Below are positions 63,761-64,000 of a stretch of 64,000 nt of DNA, piece by piece. The DNA comes from Octopus sinensis (lineage: Eukaryota), in contig NC_042999.1 in assembly GCF_006345805.1 (NCBI RefSeq), forward strand, positions 162,626,001 to 162,690,000. Direction: 5' to 3'. The stretch's first letter is position 1, and every line of letters begins with the position of its first letter. The notes beneath the pieces are model-generated. The model was not told the DNA's origin and did no database searches. It saw only the letters and a list, made by a program, of their open reading frames with translations. The position numbers were made by a program, and so were the translations under genes.

Positions 63761-63939
63761 CATATACCCACACATACACATACACATACATATACATATA
63801 TACATACATATACACACATACTCACACACACACATATATATACATACATACACATACACATACATATATATATATACACATATATACACATGCACATACG
63901 TATAATTCTACATACCTACATATACATACACATATATAT

Positions 63940-63986
<47 letters not shown>

Positions 63987-64000
63987 CATATACACACATA
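61880..64000. repeat. About 2-kb compound (TA)n/(CA)n/(TACA)n microsatellite field
   Basis: Seen directly; runs to the window edge with short unique islands. Confidence 0.97.

Noticed and set aside
61786-63905. Many 100-170 aa ORFs rich in Y/I/H/T/C/V/M
   Set aside because: Translations of TA/CA microsatellites.

Overview
AT-rich, repeat-dense animal genomic DNA. The SINE/LINE repertoire, long (TA)/(CA) microsatellites and large introns suggest a cephalopod (Octopus-like); that is inference. Two spliced protein-coding genes lie on the minus strand: a complete 3-exon PEX11 (peroxin-11, PEX11B-like; CDS 27804 or 27705 to 3696) and the last four coding exons of a calpain-5/TRA-3 homolog (59670 to 48563; upstream exons lie beyond the window). 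The rest is mostly mobile DNA: several tRNA-headed SINE families, RTE, CR1, Tx1/L1-like and Penelope-like retroelement relics, a deleted Gypsy element, an intact-ended hAT, mariner, pogo and Merlin transposase relics, Helitron and piggyBac-type MITEs. The most interesting signals are (i) several hammerhead-ribozyme-like motifs in sense orientation inside the introns of both genes, one in the tail of a tRNA-headed SINE; (ii) three nested GG-ended, 8-bp-TSD foldback MITEs, two with telomere-like cores; (iii) a 70-bp TG...CA hairpin followed by an 18-nt tRNA-Trp primer-binding site. Exon boundaries were read by hand; repeat boundaries are approximate unless a TSD is quoted.
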